64,000 bases of DNA from Octopus sinensis (GCF_006345805.1 NC_043015.1:124001-188000); one strand, 5' to 3'; counted from the first letter of the stretch, positions 42,142 to 54,950 are shown. Translations and numbers: made by a program. The notes: generated from the sequence alone by a model not told the origin.

Positions 42142-42481
42142 AGTAATTTTTATTAACTTTTATAGCTTTAGAATCTTATGAACTGTACCACGGATTTAAT
42201 TATTGTTTTTCATCTCCATATATGTTAGCTTTTTTTTATATATATTTTAAAAAAACTATTAGCCAAATATGTATAATATCGGTACTTATTGATATTAATA
42301 TATACATTATTATATATTTTGTTTTATTTTGTTCTGTTTACCTTCCTTTTTTGTACAAATGTGTATTATATTATATAAGTGTAGCTTTATGATGTATAAG
42401 TTTTTATATTTTACATTTTTATATTTTTATATTATGTATATGATTGTATATTATTTTTCACTATTATAACAAATTTAATTT

Positions 42482-42598
42482 AATTCTCTGAAGAGGCCGT
42501 GGGGCATCCTTGTTAATGCCTCATTTATACCTGCCTTTATGGCTTATAGGTTAAATGAGGTATGACTGTCCTCACTGCCGAAACAGCTGTCAGTTTTG
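42482..42598 (+). ncRNA. Candidate type I hammerhead ribozyme in PLE pseudo-LTR (copy 3)
   Basis: CTGAAGA at 42488-42494, stem II GGCCGTGGGGCA / TGTCCTCACTGCC with an inner hairpin GCCTCATTTA / TAAATGAGGT, GAAA at 42580-42583, palindromic stem III ACAGCTGT, cleavage triplet GTC at 42589-42591. Stem I is weak. Confidence 0.65.
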
Positions 42599-42961
42599 AT
42601 TTATATCATATTTGATAATTTTTTACTTATATCTCTTTATCTTTTTACTATTACTGTATATCTTCTCTTTCATTTTATGTATTGCCTTTACTCATATGTA
42701 ATGGTGTATTAAAGTATGGATTGAGTTTCATCGGATAGTTGATGTTTTACTGATTTAAGTATATTTCTCCATTCTCTATTTTGTAGTATTAATTTACGGT
42801 AATATTATTACCTTCACACCCATAAATGCAATAGATGAACTGATTGTTTGACAATTTTTAACATCTATGTATTAATTTTGTTGGGTACCTATCTAGCAGT
42901 ATATTGATATATATTATCCCATGGTGGGTTGAATTTTCAACCCCTATCTCATTTTATAACC

Positions 42962-42998
<37 letters not shown>

Positions 42999-44279
42999 GA
43001 GAGGGAGAGAGAGATAAATATATAGATAGATAAATAAATAGATATATAGATAGATATATAGATAGACAGATAGACATGCAGACATTCAGACATGCAGACA
43101 GATAAGCTATGCCTGTATGTATGTGTGCGTAATTGTGTATGCGTTTGTGTGTGTGTGTCTGTGAATCTGTGTGCATCAGGCCTTCACACACGTCCTCATA
43201 TTCACAAATTTTTTTTTTCTAATATGGATTACGCGTTGATGAGTATACCTCTCTTTTATCACTCAGCTGAGCTAAGTCCGCCTACACATGAGTAAGAATT
43301 GCACAGACAAAATAAAGCGTCATAAACTTGCCGAACATTTAATTAGCTCGTAAGTCTAGTGTTCTCTCAACTCAAACATTTCCATTAGTGTTTCATCATA
43401 GTTACCAACATGCTTTAATATGTATATAAATAAAGTGAAACCCACGGTATGCAGTAATAAATCTTCAATCCAAATTGAAAATATAGTAGGCTTCGTAGAG
43501 GTTTATACAATTTGGAAACTTTCATTTAAATATCTCAGGTTTGTCGGAAATCTAAATTTTTAGATGAATAATATAAATCATATGATATTATATTGTTTGC
43601 AAACATTCGTCTCAACCCAAATTACTTTATCTTGAGATATGTCAACGTTTTGTAAGTATAATTACACTTCACATGTCGCTAAACTTGGTCAAATTAGTAA
43701 ACAAAATTTTTCCAAATCAAATCCGTAAGTTTAGTAATATAATTCTGGATGTTGCTTCGCGTGAAATGTCTTTCTTCAGAGTTGCTTGTAATACAAGCGA
43801 TCTAACACTAAATGGCAACCACAAAGTTTACTTAAAGCCAAAGACAGTAAAAAGGGAATCAAAGAAGGGCTCTTGCCCTGTTGTTTTAGGCACCCGTGGT
43901 TTTGCGAGTTTTTCCACGAGGAACTTAAATCGCCTCTCCTACTGGGAGTTTTAATCTGTTTAATCCGTAATTGTTATTACATTGTGCACACGCAAAAACC
44001 CCTTGCATCGTCCTATTATTGCCTTTTATGTTATTGTACATCATTTAATGTTTTGTATGTGAGCCCTTGTGGCTAATAAAAGAATAAATCGTTCTCCGGG
44101 CAAAAATGCTTCTCAGAATTTCCTCCGTCTTCATTTTCTGAGTTCAAATTCTGTCGAAGTCAACTTTGCCTTTAATTCTTTCGGGGGTCAATAAAACAAG
44201 TATCAGTCAAGTACTGAGGCCGATGTAATGGACTTCAACTCCCCTTACAAAACAAGTCCTATGCCGAAATTTGAAACCC

Positions 44280-44664
44280 TTCGTCGTCGTCGTTGTCGTC
44301 GTCTTCTTCTTCTTCTTCTTCTTCTTCTTCTTCTTCTTCTTCTTCTTCTTCTTCTTCTTCTTCTTCTTCTTCTTCTTCTTTTTTCTCTTCTTCTTCTTCT
44401 TCTTCTTCTTCTTCCATTATTATTATTACTCTTTTACTCTTTTACTTCTTGTAGTCATTCGACTGTGGCCATGCTGGAGCACCGCCTTTAGTCGGGTAAA
44501 TCGACCCCAGGACTTATTCTTTATAAGCCTAGTACTTATTCTATCGGTCTCTATACGACGGGTATCTTGCAGTCTCCGTCTAACAAAGACTTCTGGGTGG
44601 ACTGAACCCGGACCCATGTGGTTCGTAAGCAAGCTACTTACCACAGAGCCTCTCCTACGCCTAA

Positions 44665-44724
<60 letters not shown>

Positions 44725-44779
44725 AATAATAATAATATTGCTATTATAATTATTATTGTTATTATCATCATCATCATCG

Positions 44780-44840
<61 letters not shown>

Positions 44841-44904
44841 CGTCACCTTCGTCATCGTCATGATCATCATCATCATCATCATCATCGTCATCATCATCAT
44901 CATC

Positions 44905-44936
<32 letters not shown>

Positions 44937-44985
44937 CGTCACCTTCGTCATCGTCATGATCATCATCATCATCATCATCAACATA
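44280..44985. repeat. (CTT)n, (ATT)n and (CAT)n microsatellites; the (CAT)n block contains a duplicated ~96-bp unit
   Basis: CGTCACCTTCGTCATCGTCATGATC appears twice, at ~44841 and ~44937. Confidence 0.9.
44445..44660 (-). mobile_element. SINE family A (minus strand, internally deleted)
   Basis: Reverse complement of the family A head (GGACTGAACCCGGACCCATGTGG..AAGCTACTTACCAC) and tail. Confidence 0.75.
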
Positions 44986-45748
44986 CCATTGGTACTGTTG
45001 CAGTTGCTTTGACTGGTTTTTGGTGCATCTGCTTCTTTTGCTGGTACTTGCTTTTGTTTTGTTGTTTTTGTTTTTTTTTCTTGCTCCCCCCCCCCGCCGT
45101 TTCCCTTTTCTGTTGGTTTCCTGTATTCTTGCACAGGTAGTAATCTTGCTGTCTTTGTTGCTATACCTGTTGTTCCTGTTCTTACATTTATTGACGATAT
45201 CGACGTGCTTACTATTGCTTTTCATGTTGTTGATGTTGCTGCCGTTGCTGCTGCTGCTGCTAGTGCCGCTGTTTTGTTCCTATTGTTGATGATGTTGTTG
45301 CCGTCATCAATCCGCTACTCTTGTCTTGTCATTCTTTGGTATTCGCTCTTATTTTGTTTGTTATTAGTAATGGTTTTCCCATCTTCATCATCAACAACAT
45401 CATCAACGTCATCATCATCATCATCATCATCTTCAGCAGCCACAACAGCAGCAGTATTCACATCGTCGTCACCATCACATTGACTATTTTTTTCTTTCTC
45501 TAACGCTTCCGTTCAGCTTCTGACTTTCCTACGTTTACATATTCATTTATTTAAATATTTATTTTGCTTGTTTCTTCGCTTCAATGTGCTAAGTGTAGAC
45601 TTACGTCTCTTTTGTAAGTTTAATTTTCTCTGCCGGAAACTTAATTCTGATACAGCAACGCATGAACGTCTCGTAACCATCATTGTTGTATTTTAATCGT
45701 CAACCGCAGACACACACACATACATGTATAAATAAGTATGTGTATGTT

Positions 45749-45803
<55 letters not shown>

Positions 45804-46230
45804 GCACATGCGCATAAAATGTTAACATTTAGGCAGGTAAATACGTCAAAACTACAATTGTCCCGATGATGCGTCTGAGGAAGTCTGCAAAAGTTGATTG
45901 TGACGGGTTTAGCGACCTTGCCTTTGCAATCGAACGGTAAAGAGCTCAAGCGAAAATATAAAAATAACGCTATGAAATTATTGAAAACAGAACGAAGTTA
46001 CAGTTTAATTTTAAAACTGTCCTTCGCATGCAAACAAATGTTTATATTGATGTGTGTTGAACTTCTAACAAATGTATGTATGTACGTACGTATGTATGTA
46101 TGTATGTATGTATGTATGTATGTATGTATGTATGTATGTATGTATGTATGTATGTGTGGATGGATGGATGGATGGATGGATGGATCTATGTTTGTTTGTA
46201 TGTACGTATGTATGTATGTATCTATATATC

Positions 46231-46427
46231 TTCTGTGATACACAATCCCTATTGATCGGTTTTGTTTCTTGTTCTTTTTTTTTCTTTCCCTTTTTTCCCC
46301 CTTTTACGATCACTTTTCATCGAAAACCTACCACACTTTATTTTTTCTCCCCAAAAAGAAAAGGTCTACTTTGTGTATTCTGTCCCGTCTGTGTGCAGCT
46401 CTGTGTGGCTAATAAAGAAACATATCT
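46231..46427 (+). mobile_element. Short diverged 3'-UTR fragment of the Tx1-like LINE
   Basis: TTCTGTGATA..ATCCCTATTGATC at the start and GCAGCTCTGTGTGGCTAATAAAGAAACATATCT at the end. Confidence 0.8.
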
Positions 46428-47113
46428 CTCAAAATTTTATAAATTCTTATGACGTCAAAATTGTATATATGTATATTTATTTATATATTTGCAAGAATAT
46501 ATGGAATGGAACTGGTAAAGTGCGAACTATAATCGTTTCATAACAAACAATATTGTTTGTAAAATAACGTGTAACATACACTGAAACGGCTTAGCTAAAC
46601 TTCTACTCCTATGACATCGTCGTGTGTTGAAACCTATATTGTCGGATTTTTATTGGCATTTTAGCAACTTTAGTGGTTAAACTGTAGGTTGTATGGTGAC
46701 TGTCAGCTTATTGTAATTTTCTGTGATTTCAATATGAGATGAAGTGTATAACTTATGGTGTTAATAAAGTCGTTTACTCGTATATCGCCGAACTTTTGTC
46801 ATTTGTACTTGTTGCATACGTGGTCGAAGTTTACTAAATTCCTACACGTACATCCTTGGACGTTATTTTCCTATTTCCATTATATACATATAAATTAAAA
46901 TAACAAGGTAAAACATTTTATTCTTCTTCCCTTTTGAAGAATGCTTTTAAATGTGGTCTTGGTCGTTTTGACTACTTTTTCTAGCGTGTAAAAACTGCCT
47001 GTTGAAGGTAGTTTTCTCTTGCGATTAAGGTACACTATTTTATATATGTATGCATATGTATATATATACACACACACAAAGATATATATATATACACATA
47101 CATACATAAATAT

Positions 47114-47148
<35 letters not shown>

Positions 47149-47200
47149 CCTATATCTATCTATCTCTTTCTCTCTCTCCTCTCTCTCTCTCTCTCTCTTC

Positions 47201-47303
<103 letters not shown>

Positions 47304-48044
47304 GATGGATAGATATATATACATTTATGTATTTGTATATACTACTACTACTGATGCTGCTACTAATACTACTACTACTACTACTAATACCATCGCCACT
47401 AACACTATTTCTTATTGATATCTATTTATTGGTATTTTCAGTTTATTGTCGGGTCTGTTTTTTTCTATATATTTTCTACATTCTTTTTTTTTTCTCTATA
47501 TTCTCTGTATAATTTTGTTTGCTTTTGTACCTTTTCTTATTCTGTTGTCTTCTGCCTTTTTTTGTTGTTTCTTTTTCATTATTTTGTTCTTTCTCTCTTT
47601 CTTTTTGCTTTTTTTCGCTTTCACTGCTTCATCCAGCGTGTATTCTACACTTCCGAGTTCCACCGCCTAATTGTCTCAAAGTTTTCTAACAGATTAACTG
47701 CTACTCGGTTCACTGCTAAATCTTCTGTCATTCCTGCAATATTAAAAGAGCTCAACATGCTCAGACTGCTTCTCGTAAACATAATTGTTCTTCTGATGAC
47801 GTAAGAGCCTTTACGCCATTGTCATAGAAACACACTATCTTCATTGGACTACATCTAGACTAACCGTAACAAATAACACAAGCCCTCACCAGTCAGCCAG
47901 CCAGCCAGCCCGCGAAGAAAATTCGTATACAGTCAATCGAATTGCTAGAAATAGCTACCAGCATCCTAATTTCAACCACGTCAGTATTATAAAGAAGATG
48001 CGTTCCATAATTATTTCTTTATAGGAGAACTAAAAGGGGAACTA

Positions 48045-48425
48045 AACATAGAGGAGACAGACAAGGACAGACACAGAGATTAAGTTGATTACATCGGCCC
48101 CGGTGCGTAACTGGTACTTTATTTATCGACCCCGAAAGGATGAAAGGCAAGGTCGACCTCGGCGGAATTTGAACTCAGATGTAAAGACACACGAAATATC
48201 TGTTTCTTTTCTACCCACAAGGGGCTAAACACAGAGGGGACAAACAATGACAGACAAACGGATTAAGTCGAATATATCGACCCCGGTGCGTAACTGGTAC
48301 TTAATTTATCGACCCCGAAAGGATGAAAGGCAAAGTCGACCTCGTCGGAATTTGAACTCAAAACGTAATGACTGACGAAATATAGCTAAGCATTTCACCC
48401 GGCGCGCTAACGTTTCTGCCAGCTC
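48045..48425 (+). mobile_element. SINE-body repeat with an internal tandem duplication (other copies at ~10330-10470 +, ~24150-24320 -, ~44095-44280 -)
   Basis: ATCGACCCCGAAAGGATGAAAGGCAA.GTCGACCTCG.CGGAATTTGAACTCA occurs twice within the block. Confidence 0.75.
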
Positions 48426-48847
48426 TCCCATAATGTCGGCTTAAAGTGTTCTAGAAAAATCTGATTGTCACATTTGAAATACCTTTAGCTTCCAAGAGAC
48501 CTGCCTATGGCTAAATAACATCATGGTTATCATCATAATCAACAACACCAATAACTACAACATCGATAATGATCAACAAGTCCAGTTCCAGTACCGTTGT
48601 TTTCACCACCCCAGCTCATATTTATTCACTTATAGGACAGCAGACATGTTGGAGCTTATACTAATTGTCTCAACAGCCATTGAAATATCGTTAATTTATG
48701 GAAACACAAACAAACTAGCAATGGTTATCAAGCGGTGCGTTAGAACAAACACAAACACAATGGCTCAGACACACACAGAGATGCAGAAACACATATATGC
48801 ATATACTATTGGCTTCCATACAGTTCCCGTATAACAAATTCATCCAC

Positions 48848-49138
48848 AGGCGCAGGAGTGGCTGTGAGGTAGTTCCTGGTTCAGTCCCACTGCGTGGCAC
48901 CTCGGGCAAGTGTTTTTTACTATAGCCTAGGGCCGACCAAAGCCTTGTGAATGGATTTGGTAGGCGGAAACTGAAAGAAGCACGTCGTATATATGTATAT
49001 GTGTGTGTGTTTGTGTGTCTGTGTTTGCCCCTCCCCAAACATCACTTGACAACCGATGCTGGTGTGTTTACGTCCTCGTAACTTAGCGGTTCAGCAAAAG
49101 AGACCGATAGAATAAGTACTAGGCTTACACAAATAATT
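48848..49138 (+). mobile_element. SINE family A
   Basis: GGCGCAGGAGTGGCTG head and the shared body and tail. Confidence 0.8.
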
Positions 49139-49386
49139 CCACACGTACGCACACATACACACACCGAAACAAAGGCACACACACACATACTTAGGTTCTC
49201 ACATACATACATACACGTTATACATACATACATATATACATATGCATATATATAAATGTGTGTGTGCCTGTGTATGACTTGTGCCTGGGAGGGTAACTTT
49301 CTAGGTGCAATCCCATGGTTAGTCATGACTGAAGGGGCTCTCACCATGTGTGTATGTGTTTGTGTGTGTGCGTGCGTGTGTGTGTG

Positions 49387-49450
49387 AAGGCACATGGCCT
49401 AGTGGTTAGAGCAGCAGACTCTCGGTCGAGGGATCTCGGGTTCGAATACA
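49387..49450 (+). mobile_element. SINE family B head fragment
   Basis: GGCACATGGCCTAGTGGTTAGAGCAGCAGACTC..GGGTTCGAAT, truncated after the B box. Confidence 0.7.
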
Positions 49451-49864
49451 AGGGTAATTCATTTTGAAATTCTTGTCATTTTAAATGGATTATCCCAGAC
49501 TTATGTGACCATGTCTCGTTATTTCCCATTGGTGTTTGGGTGCGTGTTTAATACATATATCATGACATGACGTGTAAAAACAGTGTTAATATTTTCCAGT
49601 GATTAGGAACAACTAACTTCGTCATGTCACGTTCATCCAGTATGCACGGTCAGTAAATTTATCAATCCTGGGACTGACCGGTGTAAATATTCTCTTTGCT
49701 TGGACAGAATACGGGTGGATCGAAGTATTTCTAATGAGCGAAGTGGAACGATGTGAAATGAAGTGTTTTGCTCAACAACAACGCACGGCCTGTCAGGGAG
49801 ACGAAACTGCAATCTTACGAACATAAGTGCATCAGATTTACCACTAAGTCACATGCATCAACAT

Positions 49865-49885
49865 TATCTATTTATCTATCTATCC

Positions 49886-49957
<72 letters not shown>

Positions 49958-50393
49958 CTGTATCCATCTATCTATCTATCTTATATATATATATATTCCA
50001 TCCATCCATCCATCTATCTATTTATCTATCTTTCCATTCACCTTTTTCCTCTTCCCCTTTTTTCCCCTTTTTTCTTCTTTTTTCATTTCTCTTTTCTTTT
50101 TTCTTATTCTTTTTTTTCTTTTTTATTTTATTTTTTCTTATTTTTTTTTTGTTCTTTTCTTCCCTTTAACGATCCCTCTTGATCGAAAACCTACACCACC
50201 CCCTTTTTTTGTTTCTTTTGTTTTTTGTCTTTTTCGTCCCTCAAAAGAAAAGCTCTACCTTGTAACTTGTCCCATCTGTGTGCAGCCCTGTGTGGCCAAT
50301 AAAGAAACTTATCTTTCCATTCATCCATCCATCTATCTATCTAGCTAGCTAGCTAGCTAGCTAGCTACCTAGCTAGCTAGATAGATAGATAGC

Positions 50394-50432
<39 letters not shown>

Positions 50433-50443
50433 CCTGTGTGTAG

Positions 50444-50522
<79 letters not shown>

Positions 50523-50529
50523 CAGACTA

Positions 50530-50595
<66 letters not shown>

Positions 50596-50795
50596 GGATA
50601 CAAAGATAGATAGATCGATCGATCGATAGATAGATAGAAAGATAGATAGATAGATGGATGGATGGATGGATGGATGGATGGATGGATGTATAGCTATCTA
50701 GCTAGCTAGCTATACATCCATCCATCCATCTATCAGTCTATCTATCTATCTATCTCTCTATCTATCTATCCATCTATCTATCGATTGATCTATCT
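49865..50795. repeat. Compound (TATC)n / (CTAG)n / (GATA)n / (GGAT)n field in alternating orientation, hosting Tx1 insertions
   Basis: Direct reading of the sequence. Confidence 0.95.
50041..50314 (+). mobile_element. Diverged 3'-UTR fragment of the Tx1-like LINE
   Basis: ACGATCCCTCTTGATCGAAAACC ... GCAGCCCTGTGTGGCCAATAAAGAAACTTATCT, lying between (TATC)n fields. The 5' boundary is approximate. Confidence 0.8.
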
Positions 50796-50796
50796 A

Positions 50797-53700
50797 GTAA
50801 CCCTCTGTATTCTAATTCATTAGAACTATGATCAAGATTGGTTGTGTAAATGCGCGTGGCTTGGGGTCCCCTTGGAAACAAGGGTACCTCTTAAATGACA
50901 TAAAGTCACATAAGTTAGAAATCATAGCCATAAGCGAGACCAGACTCCACAATCCGCGGGCCCTAAAGACCATGTTTGGCGGACAGTTCAACATTTATTT
51001 TTCCCCCTGTCTGCCGAGAATGGGCGGTAGTGGCACCGCGGTACTTTTTCACAGAGTCTGGATCTCAATGTAAGACAATATTCGTAGACCCGGAGGGTAG
51101 ACTGGTCGTCCTGGATGTCGACGGCAGCAATGGGTGCGCTTTTCGACTCGTATCAGTTTACGCACCGCCCTTAACAGGTCGGGCGGATTTCTTTCAACGT
51201 CTAGAAGTTTTCTTGGGAACGTCTCGTCCTTTACTCTTAGTGGGGGATTGGAATGCTACCTTGGACACGCATGTAGACTACGTGGGTAGAGATAGGAATA
51301 GACGGGGATGCAAATGCCTCAGAGACCTGCTCAGACGCTTTCAACTGTCTGACAGGTTCCGACTAGACCACCCGAATGCGCCAACGTGGACATGGAGCAA
51401 CCGCATCGGGTCGTCGAGATCGTATCTAGATAGGATACTGTGTAGGACAGTAGATAGAGATAGCATAGGATGTCCACAATTCCACATAGTCAGCTACACG
51501 GATCACAAACTTGTGACATGTACGCTAGACTTAGGTAAGACACTTAGGCAGGGTCCCGGATACTGGAAACTAAACGCGTCTTTCCCATCGAGACAAGTTT
51601 CAGAGACCGGATTAGCACACTAGTAAAGAGGGCTTTGACGGGAGCCATCATCAACAACAAATGGTGGTTTGCCCTCAAGAGAGCAGTAAAAGCAGAAGCG
51701 ATTAGGTACAGCAAAGCACTAGCCATAGATAGAAATAGAGTAGAGGGTGAGCTAGTTAAGAAGCTAGAAGAGGCAATTAGAAGCGGCATCGCATCCGACG
51801 TTTTGGCGGCGAGGTTGGCCCTCGACCAACACTTCAACGCCAAACACGAAGGATGTGCTGTCAGAGCTAGGATGCGTGCTCTAAGGAACGAAGGTGTTGG
51901 AGCCGCGAGAGAGGCCCGGGTGGCAGAGGCGCAACAGGGCAACAAAGCCACCATTCGGTCACTGGTAGATGAACAGGGGCGCGAATTGCTCGAGCCAAGT
52001 AAAATGTGTGAGGCCTTTCAGCAGCATTTTGCCCGACTGTTCGGAACGAGTGGAGGGCAAGAACGTAGGGTGGACTTCAGTGCCTACCTACATAGCCTAC
52101 CACGACTCTCGACAAGAAAGGCAGGGTGCTGCGAAGGTGCCATCACGGCGGCGGAAGTGCGGGAAGCGATGGCAGAATGCTCGAGGGACAAATCACCGGG
52201 TTTGGATGGTCTACCCTACGAGCTTTACAATTGTATGCCAGACTTGTTTGGAGATCTCTTGGCGGCGGTGTACTGCAACTGGCAGCAAAACGGGAGCATT
52301 CCTGGTTTTGTGAGCCGAGGAGCCGTAACACTGCTGAAGAAAGATCTAAACAAGGGAAATGTAATAGATAACTTTAGGCCCATCACTCTGCTTAATGCAG
52401 ACTTGAAAATTTTGGCCAAGGTGCTAGCCAAGAGGTTGGCGCTTGTCATCGAGAAACTGGTCGACAAGGCGCAAACATGCGCCGTGCCAGGCCGGACCAT
52501 CCATGACAACCTCCATCTGATGCGCTACATCATAGACAGGGTAGTTAACGAACCTGGCATGGGTGGGGCCTGATCAACTTGGATCAATCGAAAGCCTTTG
52601 ATAGGGTAGACCATCGATACTTGGAGGCAGTCCTGAGAGCGGCTGGTTTCGGTCCCGTCTTCCGCGGCTGGATAGCTGCCTTGTACAGAGGCATCCGTTC
52701 GGTAATTCGCGTAAATGGACATCTATCGAGACCTTTCGACATTGCACGTTCGGTCCGTCAGGGATGCCCCCTCTCGGCGCTTCTACGTATTGACTCTTGA
52801 GCCACTACTGCGGAAGCTGGCGACTCTAAGGGGCATCCCGCGAGAATTGGGATGCGGGACGAGCGTGTCTGCATACGCGGACGACGTCACCGTCATAGTG
52901 TCTAGCCACGAGCACATCGAGCTGGTCGGCGAGACACTGAAAAACTACGAAGCGGTGACAGGAGCGAAAATCAACCGGGAAAAGTCAGTGGGCTTGCGAC
53001 TAGGCACCTGGAGAAGCAAGCCCATGCCGTCCACCAGCGCCTCCGTCGTGGGACGCTGGACCGACGGCCCGTTGAGTTGCTCGGGGTCTGGTTTGGTCCG
53101 GACCTCCAAGTGGAGAAGAACTGGAACGAGATAACGAGTAGGGTGGTCACTCTCGCCCGGCAATGGGCCGAGAGGAAACTGTCCCTAAAAGGTCGAGCGG
53201 AGGTGGCGAACACGTACATCGCGTCCGTCATCTACTACCGCCTGACCGTCGTACCTTGTCCGACCCTACCATCACCAAACTACAACGCATCCTCTTTCGC
53301 TTCTTGTGGAAAGGATGCGTCCCGATGGTCAGGCGATCCATTTGCTGTCAACACCCGTTAAAAGGAGGGCTGGGCATGCCGTGGTTGATGATGCGCAGAC
53401 ACGCGCTGAGACTGCGACATCTCTGGCTCTATGTAGACGACGGTGAACAGGTGTGGTCGCCGTTTGTGAGGCACGCTTTCCCGCAGCTGTCTCCATGACC
53501 GAACTGCAGTCGTGGATCAAAAAGAGGCCGAGGAAGGGCGAATGGCACCGCGAGTGTCGCGTTGCTCTCAAGCAACTCTGCCGTCCTGGGTCGACCTTAA
53601 GTGACTTCAACACAACCAAAGCATTCTATAGGGGTTTAGTGGAGGGGAGGTACGACGACGAGCTCGGGGCGAACCTGGACGTCGACGAGGAGTACCTGAC

Positions 53701-54650
53701 CCGCCTGTTCGGGACGACTTTCGGGCCAGGGCCCATGGACAACTTCCAGAGATCCCTGGCCTGGCAGTGCTACCGAGAAGCGCTACCCGTTCGGGATAAG
53801 CTCTACAGACACGGCTCGAGAAACACGGGGCCGACCTGCCCGAGATGCGGTCAGAGCGACGAAACCGTTCTGCACGCACTCGTTCAGTGTCCAACAATTT
53901 CCGACCTGTGGGCTTATGTCGAACAACTGCTGTCACGTGTGGGACGAGTCGGTTTATCATTTAGCTGAGTCTATCGTCAATATTGTCACGCCTCCTTCCT
54001 TCAAACGGGAAGGAAGAGCTATTTTCATCATCCTTGTGGCTATGGCGAAAGAATGTATCTGTTGGACGCGTCTGAAAGGATTGGAGACAAACACTTTCCT
54101 CTCTGGTCAATCTCTCATCAACTTCTTCAAGTACCACTTGAAAGGGAAGTGAGAGTAGAGAGGCAAGTTTTGTCTAGCGAATGTTTTAAAAAAAGATGGG
54201 TGAATGTAGCAAGAATGGCACGTATGAATGACGAAGCCACCTTGAGCATAGTCCTATGAACCCAGAAATCGAAAACAGAGAGTTGCTTATTTGCAAAAAA
54301 AAAAAAAAAAAAAAGAAATATAAAAAATGTGACTTCATTGACCGAGGTTACCGTGGTCTTTTCCGTAGGCTTTTCCTTCCACGGGTAAACCTCACCTGTC
54401 CTCCCCTTTACACTTCATAGTGACCTTTCTGTGATAACGATCCCTATTGATCATTTTTTTTTTTCCTCTCCCCTTTTTTTTTTTTTTAACCCCCCTTTTT
54501 TTTGTCCTCTTTCTCTCCTTTTAGATACCCCTTTTGATCGAAACTCCCCTCCTTTTTTTTTTTTTTTTTAAAACCTTCAAAAGAAAAGCTCTACTTTGTA
54601 ATTTGTCCCTTCTGTGTGCAGCCCTGTGTGGCTAATAAAGAAACATATCT
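50797..54650 (+). mobile_element. Tx1/L1-clade LINE: complete ORF2 region + 3' UTR, ORF1 absent (5'-truncated)
   Basis: Begins right after a (TATC)n field, with ATG at 50828. The 3' UTR ends GCAGCCCTGTGTGGCTAATAAAGAAACATATCT and is followed by TATC/CATC repeats. Confidence 0.92.
50828..54259 (+). pseudogene. LINE ORF2 (APE endonuclease - reverse transcriptase - C-terminal Cys/His zinc-binding motif), multiply frameshifted
   Basis: APE motifs: CVNARGL, ISETRL, SVYAP, LVGDWNA, SYLDRI, TDHKLV. RT motifs: KSPGLDGLP, NFRPITLLNADLKILAKVLAKRL, DQSKAFDRVDH, SVRQGCPLS, AYADD. C-terminal CPRCGQSDETVLHALVQC. The motifs are spread over about 8 ORF fragments. Confidence 0.92.
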
Positions 54651-54916
54651 TTGTATCCATCCATCTATCTATCTATCTCTACACACATGCACACACATAA
54701 ATATCCGTGCATGAAAATCGGAGGTATACATATGATAAATACACATCCATTGGCTAATTTCTCATTATTTATTCATCATTTATGATTTCTCAAAGTAAAA
54801 AAACTTGTACAAAATGCTGAACTTCTAAGTGCTGTTGGATTAAAAGATTAGATAGTTTCGTAGATGAAAACAAACAAACAAAAAACCCCAAAAAACACGA
54901 ACGATATTATCATTAT

Positions 54917-54950
<34 letters not shown>

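Larger units (their letters stand above)
30708..42961. mobile_element. Composite Penelope-like retroelement locus: minus-strand pLTR-ORF-pLTR (38586 to 30708) joined to an inverted, 5'-truncated plus-strand copy (38587-42961)
   Basis: 30708-~32999 is directly repeated at 36302-~38586 (both begin ACTACAAAATTAGAGAATGGAG). 38587-42790 is the reverse complement of ~34915-30708, and 42790-42961 continues as the reverse complement of 36301-36131. Both outer ends abut (TA)n runs. The locus encodes RT and GIY-YIG motifs. Confidence 0.93.

Noticed and set aside
44638-45225. 195-aa minus ORF with Lys/Arg-rich and poly-Asp/Asn tracts, resembling an acidic nuclear protein
   Set aside because: It is read-through of (ATT)n and (CAT)n microsatellites, has an alternative start codon and shows no domain or splice evidence.
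48045-48425. Direct repeats with spacers that superficially resemble a CRISPR array
   Set aside because: Only two long units of a eukaryotic SINE-type repeat, with no cas genes and no regular repeat-spacer period.
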